A DNA stretch of 64,000 nucleotides from the human T2T-CHM13v2.0 reference genome, Homo sapiens, in NCBI RefSeq assembly GCF_009914755.1, contig NC_060927.1; one strand, given 5' to 3'. The stretch's first letter is position 1. Every line of letters starts with the position of its first letter. Under the pieces are notes generated by a model, which was given only the letters and a program-made list of their open reading frames with translations, was not told where the DNA came from and ran no database searches. The position numbers were made by a program, and so were the translations under genes. Shown here piece by piece: positions 52,981 through 64,000 of the stretch.

Positions 52981-54519
52981 CACACTCCCTCAGCAGAGAA
53001 TGAAATTTCTAGAAGTAGAGACAATGTTTATCATCATGCAATCAGAGATAAAGCTAAGACTGAAATATTCAAAATTTTTAAATGAAACAAACTAATACAA
53101 ACAAGCAAATAACTTCTCCGCTTCCCCTGGCAGGATCAGGGATCACTGGACATCAGAGAATCCTGGAATTGGATGAGGAGGATATTTGCTTCCCCAAACA
53201 TCAAGCTTTCATTATATCTCAGAGATTTTCTGTAGGACACACCTATCCTGTATTTAAAAAGCTGATTGGCCAAGTTGAATCAAAAAATGAGCTAATGAGC
53301 ATAGTTCTTCCCCACTACCGAGTAGCTTTCCATCCCATGTTCCCTAAAGTGAAATGATGTGAGTCATGTCCATTTCCAGTTGCAGGTTCCTGAAGTTCTC
53401 TAGCCCTGCACCCCCACAGACTTGTACCACTTTGATAATGGCCTATGAAAACCTCCCCTCTGCTTCTCAAAACACACCTGTCCAAAGCAGACAGGGGGCG
53501 TAAGTTTCACTTCTTTGCTTCACTTCTAAGCAATCTACTTAATGCCATTATTCTCTTATCCAGTAATCCAGTTTGAGGCATGCCCAAGCCTAGAGCCTCT
53601 TCCTGACCTCTCCTCACTTCTGCCAGTACTGGGGCTATTTCTCGCACTTCCACTCTCAAAGCTGAATGTGACTGAAAGAAATATATAAAATAGAGCATTT
53701 TGGGGTCATTGTTTAGCATTATAGCTACAAGTTTGATTGGAGAGAAGACTGACACTACTGGTTAAAATGAAGTCTTTGTATTAATCTATGAATATCATCC
53801 AGGGCTTTGAAGAACAGCCGTTTTGCAACTTGCCAGTTTCATCCATTTGAAATAAATTATAGATGGTACATTTGTCCGCGTGAGTTATCAGTTATATTCA
53901 CGTGCATATATGTCCTAAAAATAAATAGTCTCAGAGCCACACATATTCCCAGCAAGTGACAAGGATTTACACACCAACATCAGCAACTTTGTAAGGAAGC
54001 TTTGTCCTTCTCATCATTCTTTTTTCTTGGTGCCAGCAGAGATTCACAAGTAGCAGTCAGCAGCAGCACTATCAAAATGTATTTTTAAGCCCATTGTGTT
54101 GTTTTGACAAACTAAACGATTAATTAACAGCAATCTAGCGAACACATCTCTACTTACAGCTCAGAGTGAAACACACAGATCGCCATAACCATTCTATAGT
54201 CACCATTTACTGCGGAAGAATACTGCCTAATTAATTATAATTGATCACAAAGATTAGATTCAAATTCCACTAGCAGGGCAGAAGAAGCCCAAACAGAGGA
54301 AATAAATCAGAAAACTATTCTCTGAATCCATAATGAACTAACAAGCTTTGGAGATAAACAGATTTGTTTTAATTGTAGTTTTTAAAAAATAATTTAAGAA
54401 CACTTTGAGGTCTTTGGAGAGAGAATATAGATTGGGAAAAGGGTAGAGCCAAACTCCAGAAAGCATGGATTCAGGTGAATGCTGAAGGTCTGGTCTCTGA
54501 CTCAGTATTTAAGAAAACT

Positions 54520-55053
54520 GTAACGTGTCCCACACAGTGGGGATTAGGTACGTGACCTGTTAATCATGTTCTCCCTGACCCAAAGACAACTCCTTGGAAG
54601 CTGGAAGAACACACAGCTTTCCCTTCTTAGTTCTCATAGTGAATGTCCACTTTTCCTACCCACCACCCATTTCCCCTCCCTCTGACTACAGAGTCTCCCC
54701 TCCTAGCCATGGGCATGGATACAGGATCTAGACACGTCAACTCTCCACTCCCTGGCCCCAGTCCATTGCTCAAGCCAAGATGAGGACTTGAGACCCACCG
54801 AAAGCCTTCTGAAAGACTTATAAAACTAGAGTTGGAAGAGAGAAACTTCATTCCATATCCAGCCCCCTTTCTTCTTTGCCTGGGAAGTTGCAAAGAAGTA
54901 AACTCCATGACTGACGCAGAGAAAAGATATGGAGAGTGTAGTCCTAGCTCCAGTCAGTAGGTCCTCAGGTTTCTGAGAGTTCATGAAATCTGTCTTTCAA
55001 GAGACTTATTTTTGCTTTAGGTAGTTCAAGTTGGGTTCTAAGAGAGTCCTAAC
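54520..55053 (+). mobile_element. Old MaLR LTR, MLT1K/L-like; a similar one lies at about 56280-56750
   Basis: 3' signature TTTTTGCTTTAGGTAGTTCAAGTTGGGTT..AGAGAGTCCTAAC; boundaries approximate. Confidence 0.45.
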
Positions 55054-55239
55054 ATTCTGCCATGTAAGTTAACTAAGTCTAGAAACTCCTCAGTGAAGAA
55101 GTGTCCATTATAGAAATAGTCAGATACAGGATTAAGGCAACTCTGGATCAGAGGGAAGCCTTTTACAAATTCTTGGCTTGGCTGCTGGAGTCTCATCTTC
55201 TTTACAGGCTACACTAAAACTGCGGGTCTTAGGGTCAGA

Positions 55240-55450
55240 ACTGGGTAGTGGAGAGATCACGAGCATTGTAGTGATAAAGATCTGGCTACATGTTGTGGCT
55301 CCTTGATCTTAACCAAATGTATGAACCTTTCTGAACAATAAATTCCCAATTTGTAAAATTTGGATAATAATCCTTCACTGGAGTTGGTGAGAATTGAATG
55401 AGATATGCATGAAAAGTTAACAAATAACAGTACCTGAAACAATACGTATG
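55240..55450 (+). mobile_element. MIR
   Basis: TTGTAAAATTTGGATAATAAT..GTTGGTGAGAATTGAATGAGATATGCATGAAA. Confidence 0.6.
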
Positions 55451-56854
55451 GACTCCCAGCTTACATATGACATCACAACTCTGCCATTATTGTTGCTTTC
55501 CTTCTCTATCTTGACAACTGAACACTACCGTACACAAACCTTCTTTCTCCCAGCACAAGAGAACATGGCAAATGAGTAATTAGGAGCTAAAATCCTGTCC
55601 CATCTATAAAATATTAAAATCTGATTTTAGCTTAGAGCTTGCTAGATGTAATAGATATACAAGAATAGTCATGGATTTATTAATGTAGTTGGTTGTATTA
55701 GTAATGACCTCACTAATTTTAAATAACTTGGGAGAAGGCCAGCCCAGTTATGGGATACTTTTTTAAAGTACACTTTAATTGCTTTCAAACATATTCAGTA
55801 ACTAAAATAATTCTGAAAAGAATTGCCTAGGAGAATCTATTATGTGATGCAGTGACAAAAATGATTTATAATTAGTACATCAGAAGTTAGTATATAAAAT
55901 ATCAGGTTAATTATCATCATCTATGGTGGAACAAAAAAGGTCTTGCTGTCATACCAGAAAAGCTGGCTTCTACATATCCGTGCTTATGAAATAGGAGTGA
56001 AAATGCCTAAAACATGGCATTACTGTGTGGCTTAAAATTAAATGAGTGACAGTGAAGTTACAAACCCTGTAAGGCAGAGTTTATATGTAGCTCATGATGG
56101 TATCCCACAAGAGTGCCTGACACTGGGCAATCTCTGCATAAATACATAAATAGATGAGTAAGTGTGCAAGTACATAATACAAAGCTTAGCCTGTAAGGTA
56201 CCAGGACTTGGTGTTTCAGGAAGTACCTCTATGTCTCTCTACCCTTTGGGTGATCTTCCACTCAAAGATCCTTTGAATATGTAGAACCTTTGGGGTCTTG
56301 CTCTTACACTGGCTATCTTTACTGGGAATCACTCATTGGAGTGGGTGTCCAGCAGCCTTGCTTATACCCCATGAACTGGTCATTTTGGCCACATTTTTTT
56401 GGAACAGAGATGGACATTTGACCCAATAAGTTTTCATTCGATTTTTACAACTCGGAGTTTGAAATTGAGGCTAAGAGAGTCTACCTCTTTGCAGGTCAGT
56501 TGCTAGAACAGTAACACATAAACTGAGGAGCTATGACAAACCATACGCCATCATGTGGACCACAGAAGCAGGTCTGAGAGGAAAACAAAGAGGCTTTCAG
56601 AAAGAGAAAATATTCCCTTCCTAGTTCAAGGTCCTAGTTAAAGTCTAACTGTTTCCCTGTCCTTGGGATTTATAAGATGTTCTCCATATCCTTATGATAA
56701 ATTATCCCTTTGTACTAGATCAGGATATAAGCAAAATAACTTTAGTACAACAGGGACTGGATAAGGAATCAGTTATTTTAAAAAGGCAAATAGATCAATA
56801 AGGGGTACACAATCTGCCCGAGATACATTTTTTTTATTTTTTATTTTTTTTTAG

Positions 56855-56874
56855 TCTACGGCGGTGGGCCAAAG
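56855..56874 (+). other. Candidate 20-nt micro-exon
   Basis: About 25-nt T-rich tract ending TTAG|, exon TCTACGGCGGTGGGCCAAAG, donor AAG|GTATGC. Confidence 0.35.
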
Positions 56875-57098
56875 GTATGCTTGTGTTGATGGTAGATTTA
56901 CATATGTGCTGATGGTATTTGTATGAATGGCTCAGAACTTTTTAGGATCAGCTGACTGTGTTATAACACTTTCACATTACCTGATGTTTTAATTTTTTTT
57001 TTTTTGTAATGTTACAACTTCTAACAACTATTTTCTTTACTATTGAACAGAAGAGGTCACTGAGAAAGAAAGAAAAAGTGACTTATCCAAGATTTTAT

Positions 57099-57551
57099 TT
57101 TCACGTGCGTCCATGTGAAGACGAGTCACGGCACCAAATTTCACGTGCGTCCGTGTGAAGAGACCACTAAACAGGCTGTGTGTGAGCAACAAGGCTGTTT
57201 ATTTACCTGGGTGCAGGCGGGCTGAGTCCGAAAAGAGAGTCAGCGAAGGGAGATAGGGGTGGGGCCGTTTTACAAGATTTGGGTAGGTAAAGGAAAATTA
57301 CAGTCAAATGGGGGTTGTTCTCTGGCGGGCAGGAATGGGGGTCACAAGGTGCTCAGTAGGGGAGCTTTTGAGCCAGGATGAGCCAGGAGAAGGAATTTCA
57401 TAAGATAATGTTATCAGTTAAGGCAGGAACAGGCCATTTTCATTTCTTTTGTGGTGGAATGTCGTCAGTTAAGGCAGGAACTGGCCATCTGGATGTGTGC
57501 GTGCAGGACACAGGGGATATGATGGCTTAGCTTGGGCTCAGAGGCCTGACA
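57099..57551 (-). mobile_element. HERV-H LTR7-family LTR (57139-57551) + partial tRNA-His PBS (57122-57136) + duplicated U5 end (57099-57121)
   Basis: Minus strand TGTCAGGCCTCTGAGCCCAAGCTAAGCC...CACACGGACGCACGTGAAA-TT-TGGTGCCGTGACTCG-TCTTCACATGGACGCACGTGAAA; perfect TSD TTTAT 57094-57098 / 57552-57556; inserted in a MIR. Confidence 0.95.
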
Positions 57552-57759
57552 TTTATAGTCAGCAAGAAGCAAGAAACACAACTCAACCCCAGCCTTTCTG
57601 TCTATAAGTGCCATGCTCTTTCCAAACCAAGCTCAAGAATGGGAGGAAAACTGCATGGGTATTTTGGACTTGAAGGCAGCGGATCTCCACCATTTTAATA
57701 TGGGAAAACTTTTTTACAGGCAAAAGATTTCAAACATCTGTTCTTCAGAATAGGCATAC

Positions 57760-57904
57760 TGTTTTTGTTTTTTTTCTTTTTATAGACAATGTCTCACTAT
57801 GTTGTTGCCCGGGCTGGACTCAAATTACTGGGCTCAAGTGATCCTCCTGCCTCAGCCCCCCTGAGTATCTGGGACTACAGGCATGTGCCACTGTACCCAT
57901 ATCA
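57760..57904 (-). mobile_element. FLAM (fossil Alu monomer, FLAM_A-like)
   Basis: GTCTCACTATGTTG..GGGCTCAAGTGATCCTCCTGCCTCAGCC..GGGACTACAGGC; 13-bp TSD AGAATAGGCATAC 57747-57759 / 57905-57917. Confidence 0.9.
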
Positions 57905-58377
57905 AGAATAGGCATACCTTTTATATTCACTACTGAGAAAAAAAATTAAGATGAGAAAAATTAGGAAATATCAATAATGTTTTAAAAATAAATTTGTGTG
58001 TTATTAACCAATATAGCAATATGAAAAGTTTGTGTGCTTATATATGTTGGGAGGAAGGAATTAAGACAGAGAGAAAAAAAAACACATAATTGAGCAGTTA
58101 CTCTATTTTTAATTTATTCTAAATATAGTGGCTGGTGTACTTAAGGATTTCTAATCTTTAATGTTATACAAAGACATCCACAGGAACCTTACCCCTCCGG
58201 ATGGAAACTCCTCCAATGAGGACAATCAACTGTTTCTAATTTCAGACATTCCTGAAGAGGTTTCAGACTCTTCAAAAATGGCTTCATTTATTAACAACTG
58301 TCTAGAGAGACAGCCTTGCTTTACCTATCTCATTCTTGGTTTCAAGATTTTCTTGGTAGGAGAGAGAGGAAAACTTG

Positions 58378-58824
58378 GGTTTAGCATACCAGGGTTTGAT
58401 CTGGAAAACAGAAGCCACTCAAGGTATTGTAAATAGGAAGGGATTTCTTAAGTAAATTAGGAGAAAACACAATTTTCATTAGGAATGAGAGAGTGAAGGT
58501 CAAGGAGGCTACTGCCATCTTTTGGAAAACACAGAACAGCATGATTCATAGAAAAGCCGTCACCAGTGGCCACAGCTGCCTGCAGCACCACCTGGGTGAT
58601 TCCCAGGAGGATGCCCAGAAGTACTAGCTCAACCCTATGTCTGCAACTGTTGTGTCTATGCCCCTGCCCACAGCTGCAGTCAGGGAATAATGGCTTCCCC
58701 ATTTCTACCTCTGCAAATCTCATGAGAGTGCCTCTCATTGGCAGAATATGACCCGGAATTATACTGACAAGAAATGATGAGAAATGCAGTTCTCAGCTGA
58801 TTTGATAATGGATAACCCAGCACA
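58378..58824 (-). mobile_element. Ancient ERVL LTR (3' LTR of the adjacent provirus; family uncertain)
   Basis: Minus strand starts TGTG directly after the polypurine tract GGGAAAAGGGGTGGAT (58825-58840). Confidence 0.6.
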
Positions 58825-61800
58825 ATCCACCCCTTTTCCCGTTTAAACCCACAAAATCCTTGCAACACATATTTAGCTTCTAACCAACACCAGCAACAAA
58901 TTAATGAGTCTGCCTAATATGATGTGTCTGCTCTTATATAAATGTAGATGCACTCACCCACTCTTGGAAAGGTGGAGACTCAAAGTTTCCCTTCAGAACT
59001 GTAGCCATCTCTGGATAGTGTTAATTCTCCTTCTAGTTTAGTCACAGTCCTTCTTTGATAATCAGTAAACTAAAAATTAAATTACAAATTAATCACAACT
59101 AACAAACTTCTGTATGGAAAAGAGAAGATAAGAAGATGTACGTACATATGCAAGAAACAATACATAGTTAACATGGTCCTCATTTTTGCAAGCAGTTACA
59201 AGGCCATACTTAGGCTTTAAACTTCTTTCTTCTACAACCCACTCTGTTTCCTTTACAATCAATCAGTCAGCATCTAAGCCAGTCATAGCTTTTTATCTGT
59301 TGGAATAACTCAAATCTCTACTCCTGAAGGTGCCTGTAGTGGGTTGCTGTATGCTTCCACTAACTTCCTGCATAAGGAATGCATACCAATAAATCCCCTA
59401 GGCTCCCAACACAAATTCCCTAGGCTCCACCTTATCTCCTTTATGCGATAGCAACCCTACTTCCCATTCATAATCAGAATCAATCACCAGTGATACAGTA
59501 ACTCTTCTCTATTTCTTGGTTCAGTGGTATGAGAAACTCCTAAAAGGCCAAACTGTTGTCTCAACTTTCAGTAAGGACTAATGTAGAACCCTGGTGAAAG
59601 CGTTTCTCATGTAGCAATTAAGACTCTAGTTGTGGGGCCAGAATGCAAAAATTGGCTTTCTAGACCCATATATTTTATTTACAATGAGATACATGGTATC
59701 ATATATGTGTTCCTAATTTTGAATGTTTACTGCATCCTGTTTCTGAGTGAATGATGGACACTATAAGATCAGTGAATCCCATGAGTGTGACACTTTCTGT
59801 AACTTTCTTTTTATTTAGGCTACAAAATAAAATCCTTTGGTCGGAATAAAAATATTTTGTGTGATACCAAGACAGTGAATAATGCATTCAATAAGTCTAC
59901 AGATGGTGGTACTGGCAGAAGCATTGCCAGCAAAGAAGGCAGACCCAAGTCCATATTATGCATCTATTCCAGGAAGAAAAAAAATTGCTGCCCCCTCAAT
60001 GATGGAAGGAGTCCAATGTAATCAACTTGCCACCAGGTGGCTGGCTGGTCCTCCTGGGGAATGTTGCCATATTGAGAGCTCAGCTTTGGTCTCTGCCGTT
60101 GACATGTTGACATGCCAGGCACTCAGCAGTGGCAGTCAGATCAGCCTCGGTGAGAAGAACTCCATGTTGTTGAGCTCATGAATAACATTCATTCTTGTTA
60201 ACATGGCCACTTTTTTGATGAGCAGATTATGGAGTGGCTGGATAAAGAAGCTGAAACCATCCACAGAATAAGTCATCTAGCCTCTGTGATTATTGAAAGT
60301 CTTCTCTGCAGCAGATCCCCTTAGGTAAGCAGTCCCCCTGGTAACAATTATCCTTAACTCTACACCCATTCCAAAAGGTCCATCTACATACCTCTTTCTC
60401 TGAGTTCCCTGTCCCAACACCTCCAATCTGAAACTTATGAAGCCCCTGACCATCCAGCCAAAGTATTTGCCACTTCCCAATATCGATCTATACTTCTGGC
60501 TACCTCTTAATAGTTCTTCCCATAGGTAAGTAGGTGGTACTCTCTTTCTTACTGTCCTCTAGAGCTACCTCTGCAATGCAGCAGCAATCCATTCCTGTCT
60601 GGTACCAGAACATCATGTAGAATCATCTATAAATCAGAGGACCCAGTTTTTTTTCTTCTCTAGTCAAATAATCATAAATAGCTTCCCATGATGCCACAGG
60701 TGTGGGATCAGGGGGATGCAGAAATACAGAAGTAGATGCCATTAGAGTCTAAACCGCTTTCTCAAGAAACTCCTTCCTTCAGGACTTACTCAAACCCAAT
60801 CTCATACATACCATTTCCACATGATTATGGAATGTGCTGCACATGCTAACTTTATGGTTTGGTTAAATACATAATACTCAGTAGATGATGGGTAGTTCAG
60901 GTTGTATGACCACATATTGTCCAACAGTCAGGGATTTGTCTCTACCAGGCCTGTTAGCAAGCTTAGAGCTGCTTTCACCAGGGTATGACTTTACTTTATA
61001 ACCATAGAGGTGTATACCAGGATTCTTTAATCAGCATTTTCCTGGGTTTCAAGGAAATATTCCTGTATGTCACAAACATTTTGCTACATCTGATTTTATA
61101 ATGTTCAAGTCACAGAGTACCTTGTTGTACATGTTGTATAGCCTTCTCTTGCTCTGGGCTCTAATTAAAACTGACAGCCTTATGGGTTATTAGGTAAATG
61201 AGTCAAAACATCACATTGAATTATGGTATTCAAAGAAGTCAGCCAGTGTTGTACTTCTTTCTAAGTGATCAGCGATCCAAAATTCAGTAACTTTACTAAG
61301 ACTTTAGAGGGGATAACTCAACACCCCAGACCACTGAACTTCTATAAACTGCTCTAAGGTGATGAGCCTACACTTTTCACGTGAGATAGTTCTACCCTCT
61401 TACACGTATGTGCTGATGAAGGCATCTAGAATATTTTTTAATCATTGGGGCAATTGGTAAAATAAGACTTCCCAAAAGGTATCATCAGTTCAGAGCTAAA
61501 GTCTAGGAATTACGAAAAAAAAAAAAAAAAATGTGTTCTTTCACTTTCCAAGAGTGTAAAAGCCTTAGAAAATGGCTACACAAGCCTTTTGGGAAGGCTA
61601 GGAGGATTACTTACAATGTACTATTTGTGGAAGCGCTGTTGAGTTCTTCCTCCAGGGAAGGCTGCCTTTCCTTCATTCAAGCATCTTTGGGTCTGTGAAC
61701 TAGTTCCAGTCTGAATATTGTATGAGAGAACTTAAATCACTATTTTTGTGACATAAGTTGGAGCCCTTTGCTCACCAGACTTACAGTTTTTCAATTATTC

Positions 61801-63610
61801 AGATGAAATAAGGCTCTATTAGGCTGCCCATCTATTTCAGTCCTAAGGGTAACAAGACTAACTACTTATCTCCCCATATCCTTGCAGGCAAAATCATTCT
61901 GATTATTGTTCTGGACTTGTATCTCATGATTATAACTATGCATCCCTTGTCTTTGGTGGTTAGGCATTACTATTTGTCCTCTTTTATCCCAGGATGACAA
62001 ATCTCCATTTGTTTACAGGAGCCCATTTCAGTCATGGCTTTTCCCAACACCACTCTCAGCCTGTAGAGGATGGCCCTTTAAGAGTTTTTCCAAAGACAGC
62101 AGTGTTCCCCCTCACCAATGCCTTGCTCCATGCCTCAGTGGAAAGAATGCTATCCAGGCTCTCCTAACAAAGTGAGGAAGGGGGTCATGTGTGATAAACT
62201 TTATCCAACATTTCTCTCTTGCAAAGGCTTCAGGTTCATTCCTCTACATTTTACATAGGAAAGCCTGGCTTCTCAACTTTATTTAACCTAATCCACAGTT
62301 GAATCCAGGTTTAAGTCCACCAAATGAGTAATTATTTGAATTGATATCATTTGTTTCTGATAAAACTTTGAATCTAATTTTGATAAATTCAGGCCAATCC
62401 AATACTGTGTTATTTACTTTTTGGTCCAATACCCTTAGAATCTATTGGTAAAATCTTCTTTCAATGAATATGCTGTCTCCTCCAAGTTTAGACTGTGTTA
62501 TCTTATACCTGGAGTCTGTTGAGATCCTATACTAGTTTGGGCCTGGAGGCAATGAGGGATGGTGGGAGTGAGCCTTGAGGATAATTTGTTTCTCCTAATT
62601 GCTTTGGGTAATTTTATTGTAGTGTTTTTAAGAATGAGGAGACAAACCGCCTGCTAGATGGAAGAAGGGACTCATTTTTCTTTTTCTTTTTCTTTTTTTT
62701 CCAATTTTCTTTTTATTTTATTATTATTGTACTTTAAGTTTTAGGGTACATGTGCACAATGTGCAGGTTAGTTACATATGTATACATGTGCCATGCTGGT
62801 GTGCTGCACCCATTAACTCGTCATTTAGCATTAGGTATATCTCCTAAAGCTATCCGTCCCCCCTCCCCCCATCCCACAACAGTCCCCAGAGTGTGTTGTT
62901 CTCCTTCCTGTGTCCATGTGTTCTCATTGTTCAATTCCCACCTGTGAGTGAGAATATGTGGTGTTTCGTTTTTTGTTCTTGTGATAGTTAAAGGACTATA
63001 AATCATGCTGCTATAAAGACACATGCACACGTATGTTTATTGCAGCACTATTCACAATAGCAAAGACTTGGAACCAACCCAAATGTCCAACAATGATAGA
63101 CTGGATTAAGAAAATGTGGCAAATATATACCATGGAATACTATGCAGCCATAAAAAAGGATGAGTTCATGTCCTTTGTAGGGACATGGATGAAATTGGGC
63201 CTCATTTTTCTAACAAAGGAGTTCAGAATTATTTGGTGTTCAAGGTCCAAGTATTCAGCAGAATCCATCCAAATGTCTGACTCTAATCCTAGGAATCACA
63301 TGCCTTCATTATTCTCCCCAGGGCACCAAGAAGCATCCATCCCAAAGTCCTACAATTAATCAATTCCTCCATAATATTCTATTACAATAGCCACTTTGTC
63401 TCCCAAAGCTTTATGTCAAATAGACACTTAATTGTGGGCAAATTTAAATGAAACTTTGACTAAATTTTATCACTACATGCCATAGATTACCAGTATTCCA
63501 ATTTTTCCTGGTGATGAAGTCATTTCCACTTTTAAGTCTAACTAAGTCAAATAACCAATTCTGTATAACATATTTAAGGCTGTATTTCCTGGAATCTACA
63601 CTGATACTAA
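58825..63610 (-). mobile_element. Degenerate ERVL internal region (pol/integrase), interrupted by L1PA
   Basis: About 60001-60104 on the minus strand translates CQRQRPKLSSQYGNIPQEDQPATWWQVDYIGLLPS, the HERV-L-type integrase core; PPT at the 3' end; far boundary approximate. Confidence 0.8.
62682..63196 (-). mobile_element. Young L1PA2/3 3' fragment with 5' inversion (twin priming)
   Basis: Poly(T) + antisense 3' UTR to 62989, then sense-oriented ORF2 end 62990-63198 (FTIAKTWNQPKCPTMIDWIKKMW); TSD GGG(A/C)CTCATTTTTCT 62667-62681 / 63197-63211. Confidence 0.95.
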
Positions 63611-63636
63611 AAACCTTATTAACGAGAGCTTGGTCA

Positions 63637-64000
63637 ATATGATGATTAATTAAGGTATTTGGGGATTATATTAACACTTAAATTAGTGAATTCTGAGAGG
63701 CAGATTGCCCTCTATAATGTGAGTGGGCCTCATCTATATTATGTTAAAGTTCTGACTAGAACCAAAAGACTATCCTGCCCAAACTAGAGGCCTACCAGCA
63801 AACTGCCTTCAGACTTTACCTGCACCATCAGCTCTCCTAGGTCTCCAGGCCACCGGCCTGTAGAAAGGAACTACACCACCAACTTTTAGGCGTCTCCAGC
63901 CTATCAGATTTTGGACTCACCAGCCTCCGTAATTGCATGAGCTTTTTATAATAAAACCTTTTTTTATTGCATACACACACACACACAAACACATATCCTA
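63637..64000 (+). mobile_element. MLT2 (B/D-like) ERVL LTR, running off the window end
   Basis: GCAGATTGCCCTCTATAATGTGAGTGGGCCTCATC..GATTTTGGACTCACCAGCCTCCGTAATTGCATGAGC..(CA)n. Confidence 0.8.

Noticed and set aside
54158-54269. Minus-strand exon-like segment (acceptor CCCTGCTAG, donor GCT|GTAAGT)
   Set aside because: Stops in all three frames, no partner exons, and such signals arise by chance
56854-56862. GTCTACGGC matches the start of 5S rRNA
   Set aside because: Only 9 nt match; the following sequence is not 5S
59391-59428. Short tandem duplication AAAT(C/T)CCCTAGGCTCC
   Set aside because: Ordinary slippage duplication within decayed ERVL sequence

Overview
Primate (hominid-type, most likely human) non-coding genomic DNA: AT-rich, CpG-depleted and dominated by transposon fossils of every age (MIR, L2, CR1/L3, hAT and Tc1/mariner DNA transposons, MaLR/ERVL/ERV1 LTRs, L1M/L1PB/L1PA, Alu/FLAM, one SVA). 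No intact protein-coding gene, RNA gene or CRISPR array can be supported, and the supplied ORFs are TE fragments or chance ORFs. Repeat family names come from recalled consensus sequences, so subfamily calls need RepeatMasker/Dfam confirmation. Most interesting: (1) an HERV-H LTR7 with the structure LTR + partial tRNA-His PBS + second U5 end inside a perfect 5-bp TSD; (2) four + strand exon-like segments (66, 58 and 20 nt plus a terminal one) that splice in silico into one open frame; (3) several short local copy events (43-bp, 181-bp, 18-bp, and fold-back hairpins); (4) an internally deleted L1PB inside a Zaphod hAT element; (5) a twin-primed L1PA2/3; (6) a three-level LTR nest. I found no evidence for a wholly new biological system.
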